Part shown: piece after piece, positions 49,014 to 58,990 of the stretch
Position numbering within the stretch: position 1 is the stretch's first letter
How the letters are laid out: each line of letters starts with the position of its first letter
Origin: Escherichia coli
GTDB lineage: Bacteria > Pseudomonadota > Gammaproteobacteria > Enterobacterales > Enterobacteriaceae
Assembly (NCBI RefSeq): GCF_003334385.1
Contig: NZ_QOWN01000008.1
Length of the DNA stretch: 64,000 nucleotides
Direction: 5' to 3' (one strand)
Notes under the pieces: model-generated
Databases searched by the model: none
What the model was told of the DNA's origin: nothing
The model's input: the letters and a program-made list of their open reading frames with translations, nothing else
Translations under genes and position numbers: made by a program

Positions 49014-49907
49014 ATGAACATAGTGATCACCGGAGGGACAGGATTAATTGGTCGCCATTTGATTCCGCGTTTGCTGGAGCTGGGCCATCAAATTACGGTA
49101 GTGACGCGTAACCCGCAGAAAGCCAGTTCCGTTCTCGGCCCTCGGGTGACACTATGGCAAGGGCTTGCCGATCAAAGCAACCTCAACGGCGTTGATGCGG
49201 TAATCAACCTGGCCGGAGAACCGATTGCTGATAAACGCTGGACTCACGAGCAAAAAGAGCGTCTCTGCCAAAGCCGCTGGAATATCACGCAAAAACTGGT
49301 CGATTTGATTAATGCCAGCGACACGCCACCGTCGGTACTCATTTCCGGCTCGGCAACGGGCTATTATGGTGACTTAGGTGAAGTGGTGGTTACCGAAGAG
49401 GAACCGCCGCATAACGAATTTACCCATAAACTCTGCGCTCGCTGGGAAGAAATTGCCTGCCGGGCGCAAAGTGACAAAACGCGAGTGTGCCTGCTGCGTA
49501 CCGGTGTAGTGCTGGCACCGGATGGCGGTATTCTCGGTAAAATGCTGCCGCCGTTTCGTCTTGGCCTGGGCGGGCCGATTGGCTCTGGTCGGCAGTATCT
49601 GGCCTGGATTCATATTGATGATATGGTCAACGGTATTCTCTGGCTGCTGGATAACGAGCTGCGCGGGCCATTTAATATGGTTTCGCCCTACCCGGTACGC
49701 AATGAACAATTTGCCCATGCGCTCGGTCATGCGCTGCATCGCCCGGCCATTTTGCGCGTCCCCGCGACCGCCATTCGACTGTTAATGGGCGAATCTTCAG
49801 TACTGGTATTAGGTGGACAACGCGCGCTGCCTAAACGGCTGGAAGAAGCGGGTTTTGCGTTTCGCTGGTACGATTTAGAAGAGGCGCTGGCGGATGTCGT
49901 TCGCTGA
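49014..49907 (+). CDS. yfcH: YfcH, epimerase-family NAD-binding protein (297 aa)
   Basis: [16 protein letters not shown]... Rossmann motif. Confidence 0.9.
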
Positions 49908-49954
49908 TGTGGTTTACAGCAAACATCCGCCAGTTAACTCCCGGTGTTACAGGA

Positions 49955-50845
49955 TTAGTGGCTTTGCGCGATAAGATCGTCTGGTGAAAGTCGGGTCACC
50001 ATCATAACTAACTCTCTGTCTAAACCTCTATCCAGCATCTCCTGAGCAATACGCAGGGCTTCTTCGTGTTTGCCCTGCATTGCGCCTTCTTCACGTAATC
50101 TGTCAGCAATGGTCATCAGTTTCTCCTTTTCTTGTGGTGCGCGTTCCGCTATCTCACCAATAAATGCACGAAAACGCTGGGCATCCCCTGTTTGTAATAC
50201 GTAATTAAACAGGGCTTTTAGCTGTCTGTCATTAGTGTTCCCTGTAACTAGCAGCGAAACAATTTGGTCGACTAATCCCAACAGATCGCGCTGACGAATA
50301 TGTTTCTGAATTAACTCCAACAGCGCCATTTTGCGGTGTTGCATAATCTCGTCATCCGGCACCACGGTAATATCCACCAACGGAAAAGCCGATGAATATA
50401 TTTTGCGGGCTATAGCAGGCTCGGCAAATTCATCAAGCCAGCAGAGTGAATAAGGATAAGGACTTCTGCAACCATGATAAAACAGCATCGGGAGCACCAA
50501 TGGAAGCTCTTTATAGCCCGCATCAAGATGGTTTTGCATTGCCGCAATGGAATAACGCATCATGCGAAAAGCCATTAATTCTTCCGGCTTACTTTGGTGC
50601 TCTATCACTACATAAATATAACCCACTCCCTCCTGCGTTTTCACAGACCACAAGAGGTCGGAATAATATTGCCGCAGGTCTTCATCAATAAAACTGTTTG
50701 GTTCCAGTTTAAGCGTCGTTAAATCACACAGTTTGCGCAGCGGCGCGGGAAGATGAATATCAATAAAATCCCGCGCGGTGTCTGGATGGCGTAAAAAAGA
50801 TTTAAATACCGCATCATGCGGCGTGGAAGTTGTCGATATTGTCAT
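49955..50845 (-). CDS. rpnB: RpnB/YfcI, recombination-promoting nuclease (PD-(D/E)XK, transposase_31-like) (296 aa)
   Basis: [36 protein letters not shown]... recognised as the Rpn family. Confidence 0.85.
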
Positions 50846-51041
50846 GGCGTTCCGTCACCCCTCAAATTTAAGATGACGCGACAATAACCACGATTAACAC
50901 CCAATGCAGCAGGCAGTTTTTATCTTTGGACAGCGAATTCAGAAGTATTTTTAGCGGACTGTAACTTTTACATTTCAGCGGAAGCTGACTCGCAAATTCC
51001 CCATGAAAATACTCCGGCAGCGTTAGCCACCGGAGAGGAAA

Positions 51042-51815
51042 TTATTTCAGCGATCCCTTAAGGAACCGTTGCAGACGAGGGCTTTGCGGGTTGCCAAATA
51101 ACTGCTCCGGCGCGCCCTCTTCTTCTATTTTCCCCTGATGGAGGAAAATGACATGAGTAGAAACATGGCGAGCAAAGCCCATTTCGTGAGTCACTACCAC
51201 CATGGTTTTCCCCTCTTCTGCCAGTTGCTGCATAATACGCAACACTTCGCCTACCAGTTCAGGATCGAGCGCCGAGGTAGGTTCATCAAACAGTAAAACT
51301 TCCGGTTCCATCGCCAGCGCCCGCGCGATAGAAACACGCTGTTGCTGACCGCCGGAAAGATGCACCGGATATTTCCCCTGCGCACGTTCGTCTATCCCGA
51401 CTTTTGCCAGATACTTCACCGCCCGCTCGCGCGCTTCCTGCTTGCTCAGGCCCAACACCTGAATCGGCGCTTCCATGACGTTTTCCAGCACCGTCATATG
51501 GCTCCAGAGATTGAAGTGCTGGAATACCATCGTCAGGCGTGTGCGCAGTAAGCGCAGTTGATTTTTATCGGCGACTTTGAGTTGACCGTCTTTGTCGCGC
51601 ACCAGATTGATCGTCTGGCCATTGACCACGATCGACCCTTCACTCGGTTTTTCGAGGAAGTTAATGCAGCGCAGAAAGGTACTTTTCCCCGATCCCGACG
51701 ATCCGATGATGCTTATTACATCTCCGGCATTCGCTTGCAGTGATACCCCTTTCAGCACTTCATGTTCGCCGTAGCGTTTGTGCAAATCGATAACGTTTAA
51801 TTTATTCTCGGACAT
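51042..51815 (-). CDS. hisP: Histidine/lysine-arginine-ornithine ABC transporter ATPase (257 aa)
   Basis: Walker [13 protein letters not shown] signature LSGGQQQR, Walker [12 protein letters not shown]. Confidence 0.95.
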
Positions 51816-51822
51816 CGTATTC

Positions 51823-52539
51823 TCAGTGCGTTGAAGAAGGTTTCACATGCTGCAACCAGCGTTTTTCCGCTCTGCGAAAGAGGCTGAGCAGGACATAAGA
51901 GATGATTAAATAGAGCACCGCGGCAATGCCGAAGGCGGTAAAAGGTTGATACGTGGCGGCGTTAATATCGCGGGCTATTTTCAGCAGATCCGGCACCGTG
52001 GCAGTAAATGCCAACGCAGTAGAGTGCAGCATCAGGATCACTTCGTTGCTGTATGCCGGTAACGCAATACGCAGCGCAGAAGGCAAAATAATGCAGCGAT
52101 ACATTTTAAAAGTCGAGAAGCCATAGGCTCTGGCGGCTTCAATTTCCCCATGCGGAACCGAACGGATTGCCCCAGCAAAAATCTCGGTAGTGTAAGCGCA
52201 GGTGTTAAGCGTCAGCGCCAGCACGGTACAGTTCAGGCCACTGCGGAAGAAAGCGTTAAGGAATTCGGTTCCCTTAACAATCTCAAGCGTGTACATGCCG
52301 GAATAGAACACCAGCAACTGAACATACAGCGGCGTACCGCGAAAAATATAGGTAAATAACCAGATTGGAAACTGGATGTATTTATTACTGGAGACACGAC
52401 CAATCGCCAGAAACAGCGCCAGGACTCCGCCTATCACTACCGACAAAATAAGCAGCCACAGAGTGATCGCCACACCAGTAAAGCGATAACCGTCGGTCCA
52501 CAGCAGCGGTTTCCAGTATTCATGTAAGATTTCGATCAC
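51823..52539 (-). CDS. hisM: ABC transporter permease HisM (238 aa)
   Basis: Membrane permease; 4-nt overlap with hisQ. Confidence 0.93.
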   Translation of the reverse strand: MIEILHEYWKPLLWTDGYRFTGVAITLWLLILSVVIGGVLALFLAIGRVSSNKYIQFPIWLFTYIFRGTPLYVQLLVFYSGMYTLEIVKGTEFLNAFFRSGLNCTVLALTLNTCAYTTEIFAGAIRSVPHGEIEAARAYGFSTFKMYRCIILPSALRIALPAYSNEVILMLHSTALAFTATVPDLLKIARDINAATYQPFTAFGIAAVLYLIISYVLLSLFRRAEKRWLQHVKPSSTH

Positions 52540-53222
52540 AGGTCAGCCCTCTTCACACCCACGGAGTAGCGGCGCTCAAGGAACAGCAGCACACCATTGG
52601 AAACAGTGGTGAAAACCAGGTAAATCACGCCACAGACGATGGCGAAATAGAACGGTTCCCAGGTACTTTTGCCTGCCAGTTGGGTGGCTTTGACCACATC
52701 TTCCAGGCCGAGTAACGAAACCAGTGCGGTAGATTTGAGGATCACCTGCCAGTTGTTGCCAATGCCTGGCAGGGCGTAACGCATCATCGACGGAAACATG
52801 ATCCGCCGAAACACTTGCCCACGAGTAAAACCGAACGCCGTCGCCGCCTCTATATGTCCTTTCGGCACTGCCATAAAAGCACCACGGAACGTTTCGGTAA
52901 AATAAGCACCGTAGATAAAACCGAGAGTGATAATACCAGCGACCATCGGATCGATATCAATCTGCCCGACGCCCATCGCCTCCGTCACCGTGTTTAGCGC
53001 AATCTGCAAACCGTAGAAAATCAGCAGCATCAACACTAAGTCCGGCACGCCACGAATCAGCGTGGTGTACCCTTCGAAAATCAGCCCCGAAAGCCGATTT
53101 TGCGAGAGCTTACCGCCAGCGCCAATTAAACCGATGATTACAGCGAGCACTACAGAGCTGATAGCCAGCTCCAGCGTGACGAGCGCACCCTGTAAAATAA
53201 CACCTGAAAACCCATACAACAT
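52536..53222 (-). CDS. hisQ: ABC transporter permease HisQ (228 aa)
   Basis: Membrane permease directly downstream of hisJ. Confidence 0.93.
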   Translation of the reverse strand: MLYGFSGVILQGALVTLELAISSVVLAVIIGLIGAGGKLSQNRLSGLIFEGYTTLIRGVPDLVLMLLIFYGLQIALNTVTEAMGVGQIDIDPMVAGIITLGFIYGAYFTETFRGAFMAVPKGHIEAATAFGFTRGQVFRRIMFPSMMRYALPGIGNNWQVILKSTALVSLLGLEDVVKATQLAGKSTWEPFYFAIVCGVIYLVFTTVSNGVLLFLERRYSVGVKRADL

Positions 53223-53311
53223 GCTGCCTGTCCTGTCGTGTGTGGTGAATTACCGCCTCTTGTCTCCCTCCGGTTACCCGAAGGGAGCGGGCTTTCTTTC
53301 ACCGATGGCGA

Positions 53312-54094
53312 TTAGCCACCATAAACATCAAAATCGAAGTACTTTTTCGCTAATTTCTCGTAAGTACCGTCAGCGCGCATTTCGGCAAAGGCTTTGTTCA
53401 GTGCTTCGCGCAGTTCGTTATCTTCTTTACGCAGGCCCATGCCGGTCCCTACGCCAAACAGTTTTTCATCTTTAACAGACGGGCCACCGAATTTGTAATC
53501 TTTACCGACAGGTTGTTTGAGGAAACCTTCGCTGGCAGCGACCTCATCCTGGAACGCGGCATCAATACGTCCGGCAGTCAGGTCAGAATAAATGTTGTCC
53601 TGCCCCTGATACGAGACGATTTCAATGCCTTTTGGTGCCCAATGTTCATTACCGAACGTCTCCTGGGTGGTGCCCTGCAATACGCCTACCCGTTTGCCTT
53701 TCAGCGACTCGACTGTCGGCTGAATGTCAGAATTTTTCGCCACCACCAAACGAGAATCGGCAGCGTACAGTTTGTCGGTGAAGGCTATTTCTTGCTGACG
53801 TTTTTCCGTAATGGAAAGCGATGACATGATGGCGTCAATCTTCTTCGCTTTTAAGGACGGGATTAACGCATCCAGCGGATTTTCGACAAACGTACATTGC
53901 GTATTGATGCGTTTGCATAATTCCTTTGCCAGATCGATATCGAAGCCAACCAGTTCGCCTTGTGAATTTTTTGATTCAAATGGCGCATAGGTCGGGTCGG
54001 TACCGATGCGGATGTTTTGCGGAATCGCAGCAAACGCCGCAGTTGCGCTGGAGAAGGCCAGAACCAGAGAGAGCGATAGCACCAGTTTTTTCAT
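53312..54094 (-). CDS. hisJ: Histidine-binding periplasmic protein (260 aa)
   Basis: Signal peptide [22 protein letters not shown]; paralogous to the adjacent argT product. Confidence 0.93.
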   Translation of the reverse strand: MKKLVLSLSLVLAFSSATAAFAAIPQNIRIGTDPTYAPFESKNSQGELVGFDIDLAKELCKRINTQCTFVENPLDALIPSLKAKKIDAIMSSLSITEKRQQEIAFTDKLYAADSRLVVAKNSDIQPTVESLKGKRVGVLQGTTQETFGNEHWAPKGIEIVSYQGQDNIYSDLTAGRIDAAFQDEVAASEGFLKQPVGKDYKFGGPSVKDEKLFGVGTGMGLRKEDNELREALNKAFAEMRADGTYEKLAKKYFDFDVYGG

Positions 54095-54239
54095 AATGTC
54101 CTCAACTGACAGTCTTTTTATAGGGAATATTTACAGGTTTGTTACACTTATCGTGCCATAAAATTGACCATCAAGGCAAAATATCCCGCCCCGTTAGACG
54201 TATTATTTTTCATTAAAAATGCTTAAGTATGCATTTCAA

Positions 54240-54256
54240 TGCACCACGATAGTGCA
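54240..54256. promoter_or_regulatory. NtrC-like palindrome between argT and hisJ
   Basis: TGCACC-acgat-aGTGCA matches the NtrC consensus TGCACC-N5-GGTGCA at 11 of 12 positions; a second partial copy (tggcgtgcacc) lies about 10 bp downstream. Confidence 0.35.
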
Positions 54257-54314
54257 ACAAACCTGGCGTGCACCATGATGATCATTCCATCAGGTACAGC
54301 TTCCCAGCGACGTA

Positions 54315-55097
54315 TCAGTCACCGTAGACATTAAAGTCGAAATACTTTTTCGCCATCTTGTCGTAGGTGCCGTCCTGACGCAGCTCGCCAAGCGCCTTAT
54401 TGAAGGCAGCCGTCAGTTCAGCATCATCTTTACGTAGCCCTACACCGGTGCCATCACCGAAGTATTTTTTGTCTTTTACTGATGAGCCAGCAAAGGCGAA
54501 ATCTTTACCAGCAGGTTGCTTGAGGAATCCTTCGCTGGCAGCAACTTCATCTTGTAACGCAGCATCCAGACGTCCTGCAGCCAGATCGGAATAGACCAAA
54601 TCCTGGTTGGCATAGGCCACCACATCCACGCCTTTACTACGCCAGGTCTCGTTAGCGTAAGCTTCCTGGGTTGATCCCTGCAGCACACCAACATGTTTAC
54701 CTTTCAGTGAATCCAGCGTTGGCTGAATCGGTGAACCTTTGGCCGCAATCAAACGAGAATCTGCGGCGTACAGCTTGTCGGAGAAGGCAATCTCCTGCTG
54801 ACGTTTATCGGTAATGGAAAGCGACGAAATAATAGCGTCGATTTTTTTCGCTTTCAGTGAGGGGATCAGCGCGTCAAAGTCACTGGCAACCCAGGTACAT
54901 TTCACCTGCATCCGTTTGCACATCTCGTTACCGAGATCGATATCAAAGCCAACAAAATCACCTTTAGCATCTTTCGATGAGAACGGTGCGTAGGTGGTAT
55001 CGGTTCCGATACGTACCGTCTCCGGTAGCGCCGCATAGCTGGAAGCCGCTGTGGAGAGACCGACTAACAAAGACAGAGCGAGAATCGACTTCTTCAT
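54315..55097 (-). CDS. argT: Lysine/arginine/ornithine-binding periplasmic protein (260 aa)
   Basis: Signal peptide [22 protein letters not shown]; paralog of hisJ, upstream of hisJQMP. Confidence 0.93.
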   Translation of the reverse strand: MKKSILALSLLVGLSTAASSYAALPETVRIGTDTTYAPFSSKDAKGDFVGFDIDLGNEMCKRMQVKCTWVASDFDALIPSLKAKKIDAIISSLSITDKRQQEIAFSDKLYAADSRLIAAKGSPIQPTLDSLKGKHVGVLQGSTQEAYANETWRSKGVDVVAYANQDLVYSDLAAGRLDAALQDEVAASEGFLKQPAGKDFAFAGSSVKDKKYFGDGTGVGLRKDDAELTAAFNKALGELRQDGTYDKMAKKYFDFNVYGD

Positions 55098-55165
55098 ACA
55101 TAACCCTCAAGTGAAAATGGCTTTTTTATGTTGTGTATTGTGTTGTGTGTTTGCAGGCTCTTTCA

Positions 55166-55181
55166 TGCAGGTCTTATGCCA
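55166..55181 (-). promoter_or_regulatory. Sigma54-type -24/-12 element upstream of argT
   Basis: Minus-strand reading TGGCAT-aagac-CTGCA has GG-N10-GC spacing like the consensus TGGCAC-N5-TTGCA; about 70 nt upstream of the argT ATG. Confidence 0.4.
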
Positions 55182-55327
55182 TCTTGACGACAACAGTAAC
55201 ATTCAACGTTAAATATGTTAATAAGACGTTGCATTATTGTCCTGAAGTTGAAGATAGCAGGTATAGCGGTTGAATCGCAGCGTTTCGATTGAATGGCAGA
55301 AACAAAATGTCGAGGATTTGATCGCGG

Positions 55328-55356
55328 TTGCAAAATTGCCCTGAAACAGGGCAACA
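55328..55356 (-). terminator. Rho-independent terminator after ubiX (end of cvpA-purF-ubiX)
   Basis: Perfect palindrome TTGCCCTG-aaa-CAGGGCAA; followed on the minus strand by TTTTG. Confidence 0.6.
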
Positions 55357-55362
55357 GCGGAG

Positions 55363-55932
55363 TTATGCGCCCTGCCAGCGGGCAAAGAGATCTTCAGGAA
55401 GGGTTATCGCAAACTGGTCAAGAACACGATTAACCGTCTGATTTATCACATCATCAAGGGATTGCGGGCGATGATAAAACGCCGGAACGGGAGGCATAAT
55501 CACCGCACCGATTTCTGCCGCCTGAGTCATTAAACGCAGATGGCCTAAGTGCAATGGTGTTTCACGCACGCAGAGCACCAACGGGCGACGCTCTTTCAGC
55601 ACCACATCTGCCGCACGGGTCAGTAAGCCATCAGTATAGCTATGGACAATGCCGGAAAGGGTTTTGATTGAACAGGGTAAAATCACCATCCCCAGCGTCT
55701 GGAAAGAACCGGAAGAGATGCTGGCGGCAATATCGCGCGCATCGTGCGTGACATCGGCTAATGCCTGCACTTCGCGCAGAGAAAAATCCGTTTCGAGGGA
55801 TAAGGTCTGGCGCGCTGCCTGGCTCATCACCAGATGCGTTTCGATATCTGTGACATCGCGCAGAACCTGTAATAAGCGCACGCCATAAATCGCGCCGCTG
55901 GCACCGCTGATGCCTACAATGAGTCGTTTCAT
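55363..55932 (-). CDS. ubiX: Flavin prenyltransferase UbiX (189 aa)
   Basis: MKRLIVGISGASGAIYGVRLLQVLRD... Confidence 0.95.
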   Translation of the reverse strand: MKRLIVGISGASGAIYGVRLLQVLRDVTDIETHLVMSQAARQTLSLETDFSLREVQALADVTHDARDIAASISSGSFQTLGMVILPCSIKTLSGIVHSYTDGLLTRAADVVLKERRPLVLCVRETPLHLGHLRLMTQAAEIGAVIMPPVPAFYHRPQSLDDVINQTVNRVLDQFAITLPEDLFARWQGA

Positions 55933-56026
55933 AAATAGTTGCCCTGTCAGACTTGCAGGCAGACTTTGCAGGATTTCGGCGGGAGTTGCAAGTCAGGGTG
56001 CCAGACCGGCACCCTCAGCGAAGGCA

Positions 56027-57544
56027 TCATCCTTCGTTATGCATTTCGAGATTTTCCACTTCGTTCTGACGTTGCACTGCTTTGGCGTCATCATTACGTA
56101 ACGTATCGAGGAAATCGAGGTAGCCCTGATCAACATCTTTGGTGACGTAGACGCCGTTGAACACCGAGCATTCAAACTGCTGGATATCCGGATTTTCAGC
56201 GCGAACGGCGTCGATCAGATCGTTCAGATCCTGGAAAATCAACCCGTCAGCACCGATGATCTGGCGAATTTCATCAACTTCGCGACCGTGAGCGATCAGT
56301 TCCGTGGCGCTCGGCATATCAATACCATAAACGTTCGGGAAGCGAATTTCCGGTGCCGCAGAAGCGAGGTACACTTTCTTCGCTCCGGCTTCGCGTGCCA
56401 TCTCGATAATCTGCTCAGAAGTGGTGCCACGGACGATGGAGTCGTCGACCAGCAGGACGTTTTTATCGCGGAACTCGGCGCGGTTGGCATTCAGTTTACG
56501 GCGCACGGACTTACGACGCAGCTGCTGGCCCGGCATGATAAAGGTGCGGCCAACATAGCGGTTTTTAACGAAGCCCTGGCGGTACGGTTTGCCCAGAATA
56601 CGAGCAATTTCCAGCGCGATATCACACGAGGTTTCTGGGATCGGGATCACCACGTCGATATCCAGATCTTCCCATTCGCGGGCAATTTTCTCGCCCAGTT
56701 TCGTGCCCATATTCACACGCGCGCTGTAAACGGAAATTTTGTCGATAAACGAGTCCGGGCGGGCAAAGTATACATACTCAAACAGGCACGGATTGCTGAC
56801 CGGATTGTCAGCACATTGACGGGTAAACAACTGCCCTTCTTCAGTGATGTAAATCGCTTCGCCCGGCGCGACGTCACGCAGGAAATCAAAGCCCAGCGTA
56901 TCGAGCGCTACGCTTTCGGAAGCGACCATATATTCTGTACGGTTCTCGTCAATATCACGTTTTCCCAGTACCAGCGGACGAATCCCGTTTGGATCGCGGA
57001 AAGCAACCATACCGTGGCCGATAATCATCGCCACACAGGCATACGCGCCGCGGATTAAGCGGTTTGTGGCAGCAATGGCAGCGAAAATATTGTCGGCTTC
57101 CAGCGGGTAGTGGCGGAAGTTGTCCAGCTCGCTGGCGAAGATATTAAGCAGAATTTCCGAGTCGGAAGTGGTGTTGATGTGGCGGCGTTTTTCTTCAAAC
57201 AGTTTTTTACGCAACTCGTGAGCGTTGGTCAGATTGCCGTTGTGGGCAAGCGTAATGCCATACGGGGAGTTAACGTAAAACGGCTGCGCTTCAGAGGCGC
57301 TGGAGCTGCCAGCCGTGGGGTAACGCACATGACCAATGCCCATATTGCCCTGCAAACGCTGCATATGGCGAGCTTCAAATACATCGCTCACCAGCCCGTT
57401 CGCTTTACGCAAACGGAAGCAGTTATTGGCATCTATGGTGATGATGCCGGCGGCATCCTGACCGCGATGCTGAAGCACCGTTAAGGCATCATAAATCGAC
57501 TGGTTAACCGGCATAACACCGGCGATACCGACAATACCGCACAT
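56027..57544 (-). CDS. purF: Amidophosphoribosyltransferase (505 aa)
   Basis: N-terminal MCGIVGIAG (Ntn Cys) plus PRTase motif. Confidence 0.97.
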
Positions 57545-57580
57545 ACGTCTTTTTCCTCGTTAAGCCACATCTCAGAGCAC

Positions 57581-58069
57581 TTACGCTCTGGGCAAGAAAC
57601 TTGACGAGCTTTGCAGATAATCAAAAAACCATCTGATGATAAAACTGAATTGCGGGATCAGCTGTGATTTGCTCCAGTCTTCGCTTTTCGACACCCCGGT
57701 AAAGGAGTCGAGAAAGAAGAGAATGGCAGCAACAATCAACACACCGCGCAACGCACCGAAACAGACGCCCAGCACCCGATCGGTGCCTGACAACCCCGTT
57801 TTCTCCACCAACTGGCCTATCACGAAGTTCACGATAGCACCAACGATCAGGGTAGCGATAAACAGTACCGCGATGGCAATCCCATTTCGAACCAGTTCGT
57901 CTTCAAAGCCCGTAAACCAGACTGACAGGTAAGTGTAGTAATGACTGGCAACAAAGAAAGCACAACCCCATGTCACCAGCGATAACGCTTCACGAACAAA
58001 GCCGCGGATCAGGCTAACCAGAGAGGAAAAAGCAATCACCGCGATTATGGCGTAATCAATCCAGACCAT
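57581..58069 (-). CDS. cvpA: Colicin V production protein CvpA (162 aa)
   Basis: MVWIDYAIIAVIAFSSLVSLIRGFVREALSLVTWG...; membrane protein upstream of purF. Confidence 0.93.
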   Translation of the reverse strand: MVWIDYAIIAVIAFSSLVSLIRGFVREALSLVTWGCAFFVASHYYTYLSVWFTGFEDELVRNGIAIAVLFIATLIVGAIVNFVIGQLVEKTGLSGTDRVLGVCFGALRGVLIVAAILFFLDSFTGVSKSEDWSKSQLIPQFSFIIRWFFDYLQSSSSFLPRA

Positions 58070-58125
58070 ATGTGTCCCACGATTTTACGCCCTGTCATCC
58101 TGTTCGGGGCGCATTCTAACAGAAA

Positions 58126-58143
58126 AAGAAAACGTTTGCGTAG
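58126..58143 (-). promoter_or_regulatory. PurR operator (PUR box) in the cvpA-purF-ubiX promoter
   Basis: Minus-strand reading ACGCAAACGTTTTCTT matches the PurR box consensus; about 60 bp upstream of the cvpA ATG. Confidence 0.65.
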
Positions 58144-58199
58144 GGATTTCCTTCCCGCGCATCAATAAAAATGGCGCTGAAAAAATATTCAACGCCATC

Positions 58200-58320
58200 G
58201 ACTTTTTATGCCTTTGCGGCATCGGGCAATGCGTGTCGGATGCGGCGTAAACGCCTTATCCGACCTACGGTTCTACCCCTGCGTAGGCCTGATAAGACGC
58301 GCCAGCGTCGCATCAGGCAA
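58200..58320. repeat. BIME: two inverted REP elements between dedD and cvpA
   Basis: gtgtcggatgcggcgtaaacgccttatccgacctacgg (58233-58270) and inverted copy ctgcgtaggcctgataagacgcgccagcgtcgcatcaggca (58280-58319). Confidence 0.7.
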
Positions 58321-58327
58321 GACCGTA

Positions 58328-58990
58328 TTAATTCGGCGTATAGCCCATTACCACGCCACTTAAGCCAGAAAGTTGCTTCAACTCACCCAGCGAACCTTTC
58401 AGCTTATCTTTCGAGGCATCCGGCCCAACCAGAATACGGGTAATTTTACCCTGCACTGGCGTGGATGGCGACGTATAAACCCGATAACCGGCACCGCGCA
58501 GCTTACCGACAATCTCATTCACTTTATCGGCATTTTTCAGCGCACCCAGTTGCACAACATAGGCTTTACCCGTCGGTGCAGCTTTTTCTTCCACGACCGG
58601 CTTCGGTTCTGGCTTCGGCGCAGGTGGTGCTTCAACCTTTGGTTTAGGCGGCTCCACCGGTTTCGGCTTCGGTGGGGCGACCGGTGCAGGTTCCGGTTCA
58701 AACTCGGTGTTATTGGCTGCAATAGTGGCCGGATCGAGCGACGGTGCTGCGGCATCACCTGCCCGCACCTCTTCCGCTGCGCCTTCCGGCGGCTGCGTCG
58801 GTAACGCCTGGGTGGCGGCTGGCATCATATCAGGCTCATCACGATCGCCCGCTTTCGGCACCAGCGGGATAGCCGCGAACTCATCCTGATAATGTTTTTT
58901 CTGCCCGTCCAGCAGCCCTGGAAGTACAATCACCCCCAGCGCCACCAGCACGATCGTGCCCACTAACCGATTCTGAAACTTACTTGCCAC
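58328..58990 (-). CDS. dedD: Cell-division protein DedD, SPOR domain (220 aa; probable GTG start)
   Basis: (V/M)ASKFQNRLVGTIVLVALGVIVLPGLLDG... with Pro/Lys/Glu-rich linker and C-terminal SPOR domain; overlaps the folC 3' end by 11 nt. Confidence 0.88.
   Translation of the reverse strand: MASKFQNRLVGTIVLVALGVIVLPGLLDGQKKHYQDEFAAIPLVPKAGDRDEPDMMPAATQALPTQPPEGAAEEVRAGDAAAPSLDPATIAANNTEFEPEPAPVAPPKPKPVEPPKPKVEAPPAPKPEPKPVVEEKAAPTGKAYVVQLGALKNADKVNEIVGKLRGAGYRVYTSPSTPVQGKITRILVGPDASKDKLKGSLGELKQLSGLSGVVMGYTPN

Noticed and set aside
53245-53300. Imperfect hairpin in the hisJ-hisQ spacer (ctccctccggttacccgaagggag)
   Set aside because: Stem contains mismatches and no U-tract; may be an intercistronic mRNA structure but evidence is too weak to call.
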